From the NCBI GenBank assembly GCA_018817165.1, contig JAHITY010000118.1, forward strand, positions 6,526-70,525: a stretch of DNA of 64,000 bases. The letters run 5' to 3'. The stretch is from Candidatus Omnitrophota bacterium. GTDB lineage: Bacteria > Omnitrophota > Gorgyraeia > B26-G9. Both the position numbers and the translations under genes were made by a program. Positions 10,152-19,396 of the stretch are shown piece by piece. The notes below the pieces were generated by a model, which was not told where the DNA came from, did not search any database, and saw only the letters and a program-made list of their open reading frames with translations. Position 1 is the stretch's first letter; every line of letters starts with the position of its first letter.

Positions 10152-10350
10152 GTACAATAACAAAGATGTGTTGATACTCGGCAAGGTTTAACGGTAACGA
10201 AGCCCGTATCGGTAATGTTAAACGGTTTAGGCTAAAAACAATAAATTTTAATACGACAGACGTTACCGTAAGCCGAAACGGGCATCGTTACCCTAATCGT
10301 AACCGTTTAAAGTTGTAAATGTAAATCTGACTTTGTTACAGTATAAATAA
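10152..10350. repeat. Structured repeat family B, copy 2 (long form)
   Basis: GGTAACGAAGCCCGTATCG ... CGAAACGGGCATCGTTACC; a direct repeat of 7706-7903. Confidence 0.9.
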
Positions 10351-10496
10351 TTTCTAATGGCAGTTACTAAAAAGAGAAAAGATGTAAAAAATAATAGGCA
10401 AACAAGGACTGTTTTTGCTTTTGAATTTTTTGATCAGGGGTTTTTTAGGTTTTAGAAATTAGGTGTTCTGAGAGAACAGGGAACGGGGGGTTTGCG

Positions 10497-11339
10497 ATGA
10501 TTCCGATAGCACAGTTAAAAGGAGATATGGAATTTTATAAATCCTTGGGTTCCTTGATCGAAGTCTTAAAACTAGTAGCTGCCGCGCAATATCAAACTCT
10601 AGAAAAGAAGATAAAAACCTATGGTTTATATTTAGATGCTTTAAGTAATGTTTTTAGTTGGCTGGATATGCAGCAAGTAAGACATCCTTTTGTGACTAGC
10701 AGTGATAAACCAGGGGCAATTGTCGCGATAACAACTGATGCTGGTTTCTTGGGCGGTTTAAACTCTCTAGTGATGAATAAAGCATTAGAAGAAGCAAAAA
10801 TATCTGATTCTCGGATGGTAATTGTGGGGAAAAGAGGACAATTGTATGTCGAGAAACGGGAAATGGTATACGCGAATTTTCCGGGAGTTGATGATCTGAA
10901 TCGCTTGCAGCAAGCTTTAAAGTTAAGAGACTATTTAATCGAAAATGTTTTGAAAGGTAAATTCGGAAAAGTTGCTATTGTTTTTCCCCGGGCATTATCT
11001 TTTACGTCACAGCGTATCGAGGTTTTGCAAGTTTTTCCTTTTGTCTGTGAAACATCGCAGAAAATGAATAATTTACAGATTTCTGATGTTATTTTAGAAT
11101 CAAAATTTGGGGATATTGTGGAATATATGATTTATTTGTGGTTGGGGCAGAAAATATTTGAAATTTTTGGCATGGCTAGATTATCCGAACAGGCAGCAAG
11201 ATTTATGCATTTAGAAAAATGTACTGATCGGATTCAGGACTTGGATAAAAAGCTGCGATTCCAATATTTTCGGGCTAAACATGAAATTATTGATCAAAAC
11301 ATGAGAGAACTCTTTGCGGCGAGGTTATTAAATGGCTAA
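10497..11339 (+). CDS. atpG: F1 ATPase gamma subunit (strongly divergent)
   Basis: Lies between alpha and beta; 280 aa; ITTDAGFLGGLN and SEQAAR motifs; terminal helices diverged. Confidence 0.85.
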   Translation: MIPIAQLKGDMEFYKSLGSLIEVLKLVAAAQYQTLEKKIKTYGLYLDALSNVFSWLDMQQVRHPFVTSSDKPGAIVAITTDAGFLGGLNSLVMNKALEEAKISDSRMVIVGKRGQLYVEKREMVYANFPGVDDLNRLQQALKLRDYLIENVLKGKFGKVAIVFPRALSFTSQRIEVLQVFPFVCETSQKMNNLQISDVILESKFGDIVEYMIYLWLGQKIFEIFGMARLSEQAARFMHLEKCTDRIQDLDKKLRFQYFRAKHEIIDQNMRELFAARLLNG

Positions 11340-12738
11340 TAATACAGCAAAAAAAAATGTAGTAGGAATCGTTGTGGCAGTTCAAGGGCCGGTAGTCGAT
11401 GTTAAGTTTGATAACCAAGCGGATGTTCCCAATGTGTTTGATGTAATTCATACATTTACAATCGATGGCCTGAGAATAACCTTAGAAGTCGCGGAACATT
11501 CTCCCGGCAATATTGCCCGCTGTATTTCAATTAATTCAACTCAAAATTTACAAAGGAATGCCCAAGCTTTTCCCACTGGAGGAGGAATTGAAATTCCGGT
11601 TGGTGATGAGACTTATACACGATTGATGAATGTAATGGGTGAGCCGATTGACCATAAAGGTCCGATTAAAGCCACGGAAACAAGACCAATCCGCTTGGCG
11701 GAAAAAGGAACTTTTGTCAGCTTAAAAAAAGAGAGCAAAACCAAATTTGAAATAATGGAAACCGGGATTAAAATTTTTGATCTGTTGTTTCCTTTGGTAA
11801 CTGGCAGCAAGAATGGGATTCTTGGTGGCGCGGCTATGGGAAAAAGCGTGCTTACTTTGGAAATTATTCAGCATATTGTTAAGAGACATAAAGGTACTTG
11901 TGTTTTTACTGGTGCCGGAGAGCGTGTGCGTGAAGGTAATGAATTATATCATGAACTTGCCCGCCATGATATTTTAGAAAAAATGAAAATTGTATTTGGC
12001 CAAATGAATGAACCTCCGGGAGCTAGATATGAAGTCGCGATGACCGGGATTACTTTGGCGGAAAGTATTCAGCGGCAGAATAAGGATGTACTTTTGTTTA
12101 TTGATAATATTTTTCGATTTCTCCAGGCTGGTCAGGAGATATCGACACTTTTAGGCCGCGTTCCTTCAGAAACCGGATATCAGCCGACCTTGATTTCCGA
12201 GGCTGCGGAATTCCATGAACGAATTAGAACCTCTGAAGGAGGGGGAGGATCAATAACCTCAATTGAAGCTGTATATGTTCCGGCTGATGATTTAACTGAT
12301 CCCGCGGTAGTCGCGATTTTTAGCTTTCTTGATTCAGTTATTGTACTTTCCCGTGAAAAAGTGCAGCTAGGGCTTTATCCGGCGATTGATCCATTGCTTT
12401 CGTCATGCGCTAATCTTGATCCGGATATTGTGGGGAAAAGGCATTATGATGTTTCGCAACAAGTATTGCAGTTGTTTCAGCGGTATGAAGAACTGCGGAA
12501 AATAGTTTTGGTTATTGGGATCGATGAATTATCTGCTCAAGATAGGACAATTTATGAGCGGGCTCGGAAAATGCAGTTTTTTCTTACTCAACCGTTTTCA
12601 GTTGCTGAAGCTTATACCGGAAGACATGGAGAATATGTGGTTTTGGAAGATACATTATCTAGCTGCGAGCGGATAATGAGCGGTGAATTTGACCAAAAAA
12701 GAGAGGACTTGTTTTACATGATTGGGGCGCTACATTAG
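11332..12738 (+). CDS. atpD: F1 ATPase beta subunit (divergent)
   Basis: Walker A GGAAMGKS, GERVREG, GQMNEPPGAR, YVPADDLTDP, DELSAQD. Confidence 0.95.
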   Translation: MANNTAKKNVVGIVVAVQGPVVDVKFDNQADVPNVFDVIHTFTIDGLRITLEVAEHSPGNIARCISINSTQNLQRNAQAFPTGGGIEIPVGDETYTRLMNVMGEPIDHKGPIKATETRPIRLAEKGTFVSLKKESKTKFEIMETGIKIFDLLFPLVTGSKNGILGGAAMGKSVLTLEIIQHIVKRHKGTCVFTGAGERVREGNELYHELARHDILEKMKIVFGQMNEPPGARYEVAMTGITLAESIQRQNKDVLLFIDNIFRFLQAGQEISTLLGRVPSETGYQPTLISEAAEFHERIRTSEGGGGSITSIEAVYVPADDLTDPAVVAIFSFLDSVIVLSREKVQLGLYPAIDPLLSSCANLDPDIVGKRHYDVSQQVLQLFQRYEELRKIVLVIGIDELSAQDRTIYERARKMQFFLTQPFSVAEAYTGRHGEYVVLEDTLSSCERIMSGEFDQKREDLFYMIGALH

Positions 12739-12797
12739 GGGATAGGGTGTAGGGGATAGGGTGTAGGGTGTAGGGTGTAGGGATTAGAGTTAGGGGT
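12736..12797 (+). repeat. G-rich heptamer tandem repeat (TAGGGTG/TAGGGGA), potential G-quadruplex
   Basis: Seven consecutive TAGGGNN units starting at the atpD stop codon, plus two degenerate units. Confidence 0.9.
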
Positions 12798-12836
12798 GTA
12801 CATCATATCATATCTTAAAAATCACTTGCCTTTTGA

Positions 12837-12865
12837 TTGACAAAATCACTGATCAATGTAATAAT
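12837..12865 (+). promoter_or_regulatory. Putative sigma70 promoter for the T2SS-like cluster
   Basis: TTGACA-N17-AATAAT. Confidence 0.5.
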
Positions 12866-12974
12866 AAAATATACATATAGGTACATCTAACTGCGTTTAT
12901 TGCTATTAGTTAAGAGTTTAAAATTAGAGCATTAAATTACTTGTTTTTATATTACCGGAGCTTGAAAAGTAATT

Positions 12975-15164
12975 ATGGATAGAAAAATTGATGCGCGGGT
13001 AATCCGTTTGCTTAAAGAAACAAAGAATCTTGATGAGGAAAACCTAAAAAGCTGTTTTATTAAAGCAGAAAACAAACAAAACTCGCCGATTCCGATCATT
13101 GCTGCTAATACCCAAATCTCAGAAGTTGAATTATTGGAAATAATTGCTCAGGATTTCCGCACAGAATATGTTGATTTGCGTAATACCTCCATAGAAAAAT
13201 CCTTGATTAAAAAAGTTCCGGTTAAAATCGCTGCCTATTATAAATTCGCTCCGATGCATCTGGAAAATCGGCTTTTAACAATTGCCCGGGCTTATCCTTT
13301 GGATATCAAAATACTTGATGAGATAAGAACGCACCTTGGGTATAGTATTAATGTTGTATTAAGCACGGAGCAGGATGTTAATGAAATGCTTAAGAAATAC
13401 TATGGTTTGGGAGCTTCAACTGTAGAGAAGATAATTGCCCAAAAAGCATATGAACATGTGACCAGTAAAAAACAAGATGATCTGGTGGATGATCTGGAAG
13501 AAACCGGAGAATCAACCTCGGTAATTCAACTGGTAAATCAGATAATTCTCGAGGCTTTTACTAAACGGGCAACGGATATTCATATTGAGCCTTATCGCAG
13601 TAAATTGCGTTTGCGCTATCGGATTGACGGTATTCTTTATGATGCCAATGTCTCTCCGGAAATTAATAACTTCCTTATTCCGATATTGTCGCGAATTAAA
13701 CTTATGTCTAATCTGAATATTGTGGAAAAACGAGTTCCGCAAGACGGCAGAGCAATTGTTCAAGTTCAAGGGCAGACTCTTGATCTACGGGTTTCGTTTA
13801 TTCCTACGCCTCATGGGGAAAGTGTTGTAATTAGAATATTGCCTACTGTTATGTTATTTGGTTTGGATAAATTAGGTCTAACCTCTATTGAACTTGATTT
13901 TTTCAAGCAATTGATCAGCAAACCGCATGGAATTATTTTTGTTACCGGACCAACGGGTAGCGGAAAAACAACTACGCTGTATACTTGCTTATCCAGTATA
14001 AATACTAGTGAACGGAAAATAATTACAATTGAAGATCCGATTGAGTATGAGCTTGAAGGGATAACTCAAATCCAAATAACTCCGGAAGTTGGTCTGGATT
14101 TTTCTCGTGGATTGAGAAGCATGCTGCGCCATGACCCGGATGTAATGATGGTAGGAGAAGTAAGGGATTTGGAAACAGCGGAAATAGCGATAAGAGTTGC
14201 TTTGACCGGACATCTAGTTTTTTCTACATTGCATACTAATGATGCTGCTAGCGGAATAACTCGTTTAATTGATATAGGCCTTGAGCCTTATTTAGTAGCT
14301 TCCAGTGTGGACGCGTTTATTGCGCAGCGTTTGCTGCGGCTGAATTGTCCGCATTGTAAAGCAGAAGATATTCAGGTAGTCCCAGGATTAAAAGCGCAAA
14401 TATTAAAAGAACTTGGTAAAAATGATGATGAAGAAATTAAAATTTATCGGAGCAAAGGCTGCCAAGCTTGTAATTTTACTGGTTTCTATGGTAGAACCGC
14501 GATACATGAAATATTAGTACTGAATGAGAAATTAAAAGCACTTACAGCAAAAAAAGCATCAAGCGATGAAATTAAAAAATGCGCGGTGGCTGATGGAATG
14601 AAGACATTACGCCAGAGTGGCTGGATCAAAGTCTTGGAAGGTCAAACAACCGCGGATGAAGTCTTAAGAGTTACTCAGGCTGATGTTTTACCGGAAAATA
14701 TGATATCGGTTGAGCAAGCTACATATGATTTTAAAAAAGATGAAAAGCCTTCTAAAATGCTTAAATTGGAGATGCCTGAAAAAATAGAACAAACAATAAA
14801 GTCTCATGATCAGCGTATTCACGAGCGAATAGAAAACAAGTTATATTTGCATTATAAAATGTTTAAAACAAAAACAAAAGATTCCGGAGAGCTGGAATAT
14901 GAGCCGGAGCTTATCGGAGTTACTAAGAATATTAGTGCCGGAGGAGTATTGCTGAATTCTGTGGAATATATTTCAAAAGGGACGATTCTGGATGTTAATA
15001 TGGAAATGCCTAATAATGAGAGAAAAATAGAATGTTTAGCAAGGGTTATTCGCTGTACAGAGGTTGTTCCTGATAAAAATTATGAAATAGCGATTTGTTT
15101 TTTAGATTTAGCAAGTGCCGAAAGAAGCAGACTTAATCGCTATATAAACAGTGTAAGCTCATAG
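12975..15164 (+). CDS. gspE: GspE/PilB-family secretion ATPase with a C-terminal PilZ domain
   Basis: [31 protein letters not shown] and CPHC...CQAC. The C-terminus has RIHER and NISAGG (PilZ RxxxR and D/NxSxxG). Confidence 0.9.
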   Translation: MDRKIDARVIRLLKETKNLDEENLKSCFIKAENKQNSPIPIIAANTQISEVELLEIIAQDFRTEYVDLRNTSIEKSLIKKVPVKIAAYYKFAPMHLENRLLTIARAYPLDIKILDEIRTHLGYSINVVLSTEQDVNEMLKKYYGLGASTVEKIIAQKAYEHVTSKKQDDLVDDLEETGESTSVIQLVNQIILEAFTKRATDIHIEPYRSKLRLRYRIDGILYDANVSPEINNFLIPILSRIKLMSNLNIVEKRVPQDGRAIVQVQGQTLDLRVSFIPTPHGESVVIRILPTVMLFGLDKLGLTSIELDFFKQLISKPHGIIFVTGPTGSGKTTTLYTCLSSINTSERKIITIEDPIEYELEGITQIQITPEVGLDFSRGLRSMLRHDPDVMMVGEVRDLETAEIAIRVALTGHLVFSTLHTNDAASGITRLIDIGLEPYLVASSVDAFIAQRLLRLNCPHCKAEDIQVVPGLKAQILKELGKNDDEEIKIYRSKGCQACNFTGFYGRTAIHEILVLNEKLKALTAKKASSDEIKKCAVADGMKTLRQSGWIKVLEGQTTADEVLRVTQADVLPENMISVEQATYDFKKDEKPSKMLKLEMPEKIEQTIKSHDQRIHERIENKLYLHYKMFKTKTKDSGELEYEPELIGVTKNISAGGVLLNSVEYISKGTILDVNMEMPNNERKIECLARVIRCTEVVPDKNYEIAICFLDLASAERSRLNRYINSVSS

Positions 15165-15257
15165 CAGCGATTTTGAACAAAAGAAGATCAGGTTATTGCG
15201 CTGGAAAAACTGGCTTAGCCGACATGCAAGTGAGTGTAATGCATAGGATGGGGCTTT

Positions 15258-15746
15258 ATGGGTGTGTATAAATATCAGGCAACAAAGAATATTTCTGGGG
15301 TTACCATTGAATCAATAATCTATGCTGATACCATTGAAGAAGCTTTTGAGAAAATAGTAGAAATGGGCTATTCACCGGAAAAAATAGAAGAGATTAATGC
15401 TCCTGATCGCAGGGTAAATGAGCGATTAGAAATAGGGTTAAAGTTTGTTTATAGCCGGTTTAAAACCGGACAGGCTAAAGGGAGAACAAGAGAAGCTTTT
15501 ACTCAAAATATTAGTTCAGGGGGAATGCTTTTTCAATCAGAAATATCTTTTGATATCGGAACGATTTTGGATGTTGAATTGTATTTACCGGAAGGGCTAG
15601 ATGATATTAAGTGTTTGTGCCGAGTAATCCGAAGCGATCAAATAAATCAACAGGCAAATCAGTATAATATAGCAGCGTGTTTCTTAGATCTGCCTAATTC
15701 TGAGCGTTCTAGAATAAATGATTATATAACACAGCAGAAAAGATAA
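15258..15746 (+). CDS. PilZ-domain protein with a GspF/PilC-like N-terminal segment
   Basis: RRVNER and NISSGG motifs; the first ~45 aa resemble the N-terminus of the adjacent GspF. Confidence 0.8.
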   Translation: MGVYKYQATKNISGVTIESIIYADTIEEAFEKIVEMGYSPEKIEEINAPDRRVNERLEIGLKFVYSRFKTGQAKGRTREAFTQNISSGGMLFQSEISFDIGTILDVELYLPEGLDDIKCLCRVIRSDQINQQANQYNIAACFLDLPNSERSRINDYITQQKR

Positions 15747-15748
15747 AA

Positions 15749-16972
15749 ATGGGATTATTTAAATATAAAGCAAAAAAAGGTCCGAATAAGATTATCAAGT
15801 CAGTTATCAATGCATCATCTCGGCAAGAGGCGATTGACAGAATAAGCGAGATGGGATATCTTCCAATTTTCATCGAAGAGGTGCATGATGCTGGGGGTGC
15901 TATTTTTTCTAATAAAAAATTAAATAAAGTAAAATTAAAATCAAAGCAAGTAACTGTTTTTACCCGTCAATTGGCAATATTGCTGCGTTCAGGAGTCCCG
16001 ATTCTCAAAGGATTATTGATCTTGGCAGACCAAGCATTACATGCTGATTTTAAAGCTATCTTAAATACAATTAATGCTCAGATAAAAGATGGCAATTCAC
16101 TTTCCGCAGCATTATCAGCTTATCCTAAGATCTTTTCCCCGCTTTATGTTGCCTTGGTGCGTGCAGGGGAAGATAGCGGCACATTAGAAGTTTCTTTGCT
16201 GCGGATTGCCGAATACAGACAAAAACAAGAACAAATTTTTACTAATATTAAGACTGCGCTTACCTATCCGCTTTTAATGGCTTTTGTTGGTACAGGGACA
16301 ATTATATTTATGCTGACTTTTGTTATGCCAAGATTATTGGGGATTTTTGCCAGGTTAGGTCAGGAATTGCCGCTGCCGACAAAAATATTGATCAGTATCA
16401 GCAATTTTTTGACTCAAGGCTGGGTGTGGCTGATTATTGCGGGTATTGGTTTAAGCTTAGTATTTTATTTTAAAAATAATACTCCATCAAAAAGACGAAG
16501 GATATTTATTAGTCAGCTAAAACTTAAATTTCCGGTTTTCGGTGATGTTTTTCTGAAAGCAGAGTTAGCTAGATTTAGCCGAACTCTTGAACTTTTGCTG
16601 GACAGCGGGGTCCATGTGCTGGCTGCTTTACAAAGAAGTATTCCGATTGTGGAAAATGAAATAATGCAGGATGAACTAAAAAAAGCTTATAAAGCAATTG
16701 AGCAAGGTGAATCTTTTGGGTCAACGCTAAATCAATCGATTGTTTTCCCTAAATTCATGGTTAATCTCATAAGCGTAGGGGAAGAATCCGGAAATCTTGA
16801 AGAGGCACTTAAAGAATTGGCATTTACTTATGAAGAAGAAACTGATGAAGCAGTAAAAGTCATGACAAATCTTTTGGAGCCGATGATGATATTAATTATG
16901 GGAATTGTTGTTGGTTTTATAATAGTGTCGATGCTTTTGCCCGTATTTCAATTAAATGTAATGGTTAATTAA
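15749..16972 (+). CDS. gspF: GspF/PilC inner-membrane platform protein
   Basis: FTRQLAILLRSGVPIL, AGEDSGTLE, ALTYP, VGEESGNLE, LLEP...SMLLP. Confidence 0.95.
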   Translation: MGLFKYKAKKGPNKIIKSVINASSRQEAIDRISEMGYLPIFIEEVHDAGGAIFSNKKLNKVKLKSKQVTVFTRQLAILLRSGVPILKGLLILADQALHADFKAILNTINAQIKDGNSLSAALSAYPKIFSPLYVALVRAGEDSGTLEVSLLRIAEYRQKQEQIFTNIKTALTYPLLMAFVGTGTIIFMLTFVMPRLLGIFARLGQELPLPTKILISISNFLTQGWVWLIIAGIGLSLVFYFKNNTPSKRRRIFISQLKLKFPVFGDVFLKAELARFSRTLELLLDSGVHVLAALQRSIPIVENEIMQDELKKAYKAIEQGESFGSTLNQSIVFPKFMVNLISVGEESGNLEEALKELAFTYEEETDEAVKVMTNLLEPMMILIMGIVVGFIIVSMLLPVFQLNVMVN

Positions 16973-16973
16973 A

Positions 16974-17837
16974 TTGAAAATAAAAAAAACAGTTACTTAT
17001 CTTTTATTTTTTTTATTGATATTTTGCTATAGGCTGAGTTTCGCTGAACAGGGATGGACTCAGCTAAATTCAGATCATTTTATTGTCTATTATCAAGATA
17101 GCGATAAAAATTTTGCTGCTGATGTAGCAAGAAAAGCCGAGGAATATTATAATTCTATTGCCGACAACTTAGGATATGTGCGTTATTCGAATTTTTGGAA
17201 ATGGGATAAAAGAGTTAAAATTTATATTTATCCGGATCATGCGTCCTATCTTTTAGCGACTAATCAGCAGAGCTGGTCGCATGGAGTCGCGGATTATTTT
17301 AAAAAAGAAATAATTAGTTATGCCTGGGGAAAAGATTTTTTAAAATCGCTTTTACCTCATGAATTGGCACATCTAATATTCAGAGATTTTGTTGGCTTTA
17401 AGTCGGATATTCCTTTGTGGCTAGATGAAGGAGTTGCCCAATGGGAGGAAACGGAGTTAAAAGCCCAAAGACTTTCTCTGGTCAGGCAGCAAGCAAGCCA
17501 AAATATAATATTGCCAATTAGGACGATGATTGACCTGGACATAAGAACAATCGAAACTGACCAGCAGATAAAGCTGGAAGGTATGGCCTTGGATAATGGG
17601 CAAATCCCGATTCTGGAAATGGATGGAAGGGCTCTGGTTAATATTTATTATTTACAGGCTTTTTCTTTGGTAGGATTTTTAATGGAAAGATATGGGGCAG
17701 AAAGCTTTGTTGTTTTTAGTCGCCAGTTGCGAGATGGTAAGACAATTAGTGATGCTTTGAAATTTGCTTATCCACAGCAATTGCGGAGTATTGAACAACT
17801 GGAAAAACAATGGAAACAATATTTATTGAACGCTTAA
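16974..17837 (+). CDS. Secreted zincin (peptidase MA-like) metalloprotease
   Basis: Signal peptide (SFA|E), HELAH, and downstream PLWLDEGVA gluzincin pattern. Confidence 0.75.
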   Translation: MKIKKTVTYLLFFLLIFCYRLSFAEQGWTQLNSDHFIVYYQDSDKNFAADVARKAEEYYNSIADNLGYVRYSNFWKWDKRVKIYIYPDHASYLLATNQQSWSHGVADYFKKEIISYAWGKDFLKSLLPHELAHLIFRDFVGFKSDIPLWLDEGVAQWEETELKAQRLSLVRQQASQNIILPIRTMIDLDIRTIETDQQIKLEGMALDNGQIPILEMDGRALVNIYYLQAFSLVGFLMERYGAESFVVFSRQLRDGKTISDALKFAYPQQLRSIEQLEKQWKQYLLNA

Positions 17838-17867
17838 ATTGAAAATTGAAATAAATGGGGGTAGGAT

Positions 17868-18272
17868 ATGAAGCGAAAACAAGGTTTTACTTTGATTGAA
17901 TTAATGCTGGTGGTTATTATTATAAGCGCATTAGCAGCTATGGTTTTGCCCCGGCTTGCCGGTCGTTCGGAACAGGCAAGAACCGCTGCCGCGAATGCTG
18001 ATATTAATGCGAATATTGCTACAGGACTTAAGCTTTATGAACTGGATAATGGTCAATTCCCCAGCACTTCGGAAGGCTTGCAAGCGTTGTTAATCAAGCC
18101 GGCTACTGCTAATACTTGGAACGGTCCGTATTTGGAAAAAGAGCCGATTGATCCATGGGGTAGAAAATATGAGTATAAATCTCCCGGACAGAATCGCCCT
18201 CAGGATTATGATCTTTTTTCTTTAGGCCGGGATGCTCAGCCGAGCGAAGATGATATAAATAATTGGAATTAA
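17868..18272 (+). CDS. gspG: Major pseudopilin GspG
   Basis: G|FTLIELM prepilin site; LYELDNGQFP, WNGPYL, DPWG, YDLFSLG. Confidence 0.92.
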   Translation: MKRKQGFTLIELMLVVIIISALAAMVLPRLAGRSEQARTAAANADINANIATGLKLYELDNGQFPSTSEGLQALLIKPATANTWNGPYLEKEPIDPWGRKYEYKSPGQNRPQDYDLFSLGRDAQPSEDDINNWN

Positions 18273-18274
18273 AA

Positions 18275-18757
18275 ATGTTGTTTTTCTCTAAGCCAGGCTT
18301 AAATCAGTTGTTTAAGTTTAAATCGCTTAAAATAAGTTTCAGCCAAAATAAAGGGTTTACCTTGGTTGAGGTTCTTATCTCAGCGGTTATTTTGGCAGTG
18401 GGATTGGTAGTTATTTTTGAAGTATTTTTGACTTCATTAGATATCGTCAGCTTGTTTGATAATCGAATGAACGCGCAAATGTATTTGGATGAAAAAATCT
18501 GGCAGTTGCAGAGCAGTCTAGACCAGCAAAGCGGGCTGTTTATTCCCAGCAAACAGTCGGGCAAGGTGGTTTTAGGGCAAAAAGAATTTAATTGGCAGCT
18601 GGACTTGGAATTGGTGGATTTAACTCAGGAGTTGTTTAAAGTTAATGGGCAAATGAACTGGACAGAAGGTAAAAAAAATAGAAGCAGTAAGCGCCAAACA
18701 GTAGTTAAAAGCTATTTCAGCAATGCTAATCCTTGGAAAGATGAGGATAAGCAATGA
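18275..18757 (+). CDS. Minor pseudopilin (GspI-like)
   Basis: G|FTLVEVL type IV pilin N-methylation motif; cluster position. Confidence 0.75.
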   Translation: MLFFSKPGLNQLFKFKSLKISFSQNKGFTLVEVLISAVILAVGLVVIFEVFLTSLDIVSLFDNRMNAQMYLDEKIWQLQSSLDQQSGLFIPSKQSGKVVLGQKEFNWQLDLELVDLTQELFKVNGQMNWTEGKKNRSSKRQTVVKSYFSNANPWKDEDKQ

Positions 18758-19377
18758 TAAAAAAAAGATTATATTCCGGATTTACGTTTGTCGAAATGAC
18801 TTTAGCTACGGCAATGGTTGGCGTAATAGCGATTGCTTTGTACGCAATGATTGCTAATGGATTAAAAGTTTGGGAGATCGTTAATCAAGAATCTCCGCAG
18901 ATGGATGCCAGTTTGCTTTTTGAAAAAATAAGCATGGATTTAGCCAATGGGGTTTGCTTGGAGGGAAGTGATTTTATTGGCAATGAAAAGAGTTTTTCTT
19001 TTTCCTGCATTAGTAAAACATTTATAGCGGAGAATGGATTTAATCAAGGGGTGGGGCGAGTAAACTATGCCTATGACCCGGGAATGAAAGAAATTAATCG
19101 ACAATATGTGGATTATGAACAATTATTCGCAAAAGAGCAGCCGGAAGCGCGAAATTTAATCAGCAATATCAATAATATTCTATTAAGCTATTATTTTTTT
19201 GATGAGCAAAAAAAAGCTTTTTTATGGAGCAATGTCTGGCCCCCGGAAGCTTATGCTAAGCAGGATAAACATGCTTGGCCTTTAGCAGTTAGAGTTTCCA
19301 TAGTTTTTGAAATCCGAGGCCAGATAATTCAAAAAGGAAAAACATTTAATCTGCCGATCGGAGCAATTGAACTCTGA
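18754..19377 (+). CDS. Minor pseudopilin (GspJ-like)
   Basis: G|FTFVEMT motif; C-terminal W...P.AVRV pattern typical of GspJ. Confidence 0.75.
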   Translation: MIKKRLYSGFTFVEMTLATAMVGVIAIALYAMIANGLKVWEIVNQESPQMDASLLFEKISMDLANGVCLEGSDFIGNEKSFSFSCISKTFIAENGFNQGVGRVNYAYDPGMKEINRQYVDYEQLFAKEQPEARNLISNINNILLSYYFFDEQKKAFLWSNVWPPEAYAKQDKHAWPLAVRVSIVFEIRGQIIQKGKTFNLPIGAIEL

Positions 19378-19396
19378 TTTAATATTAATAAGGTCT

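Noticed and set aside
7132-12738. Classification as an N-ATPase
   Set aside because: Gene order differs; atpQ, atpR and atpB are absent; the c subunit lacks the Na+-binding ES/T signature.
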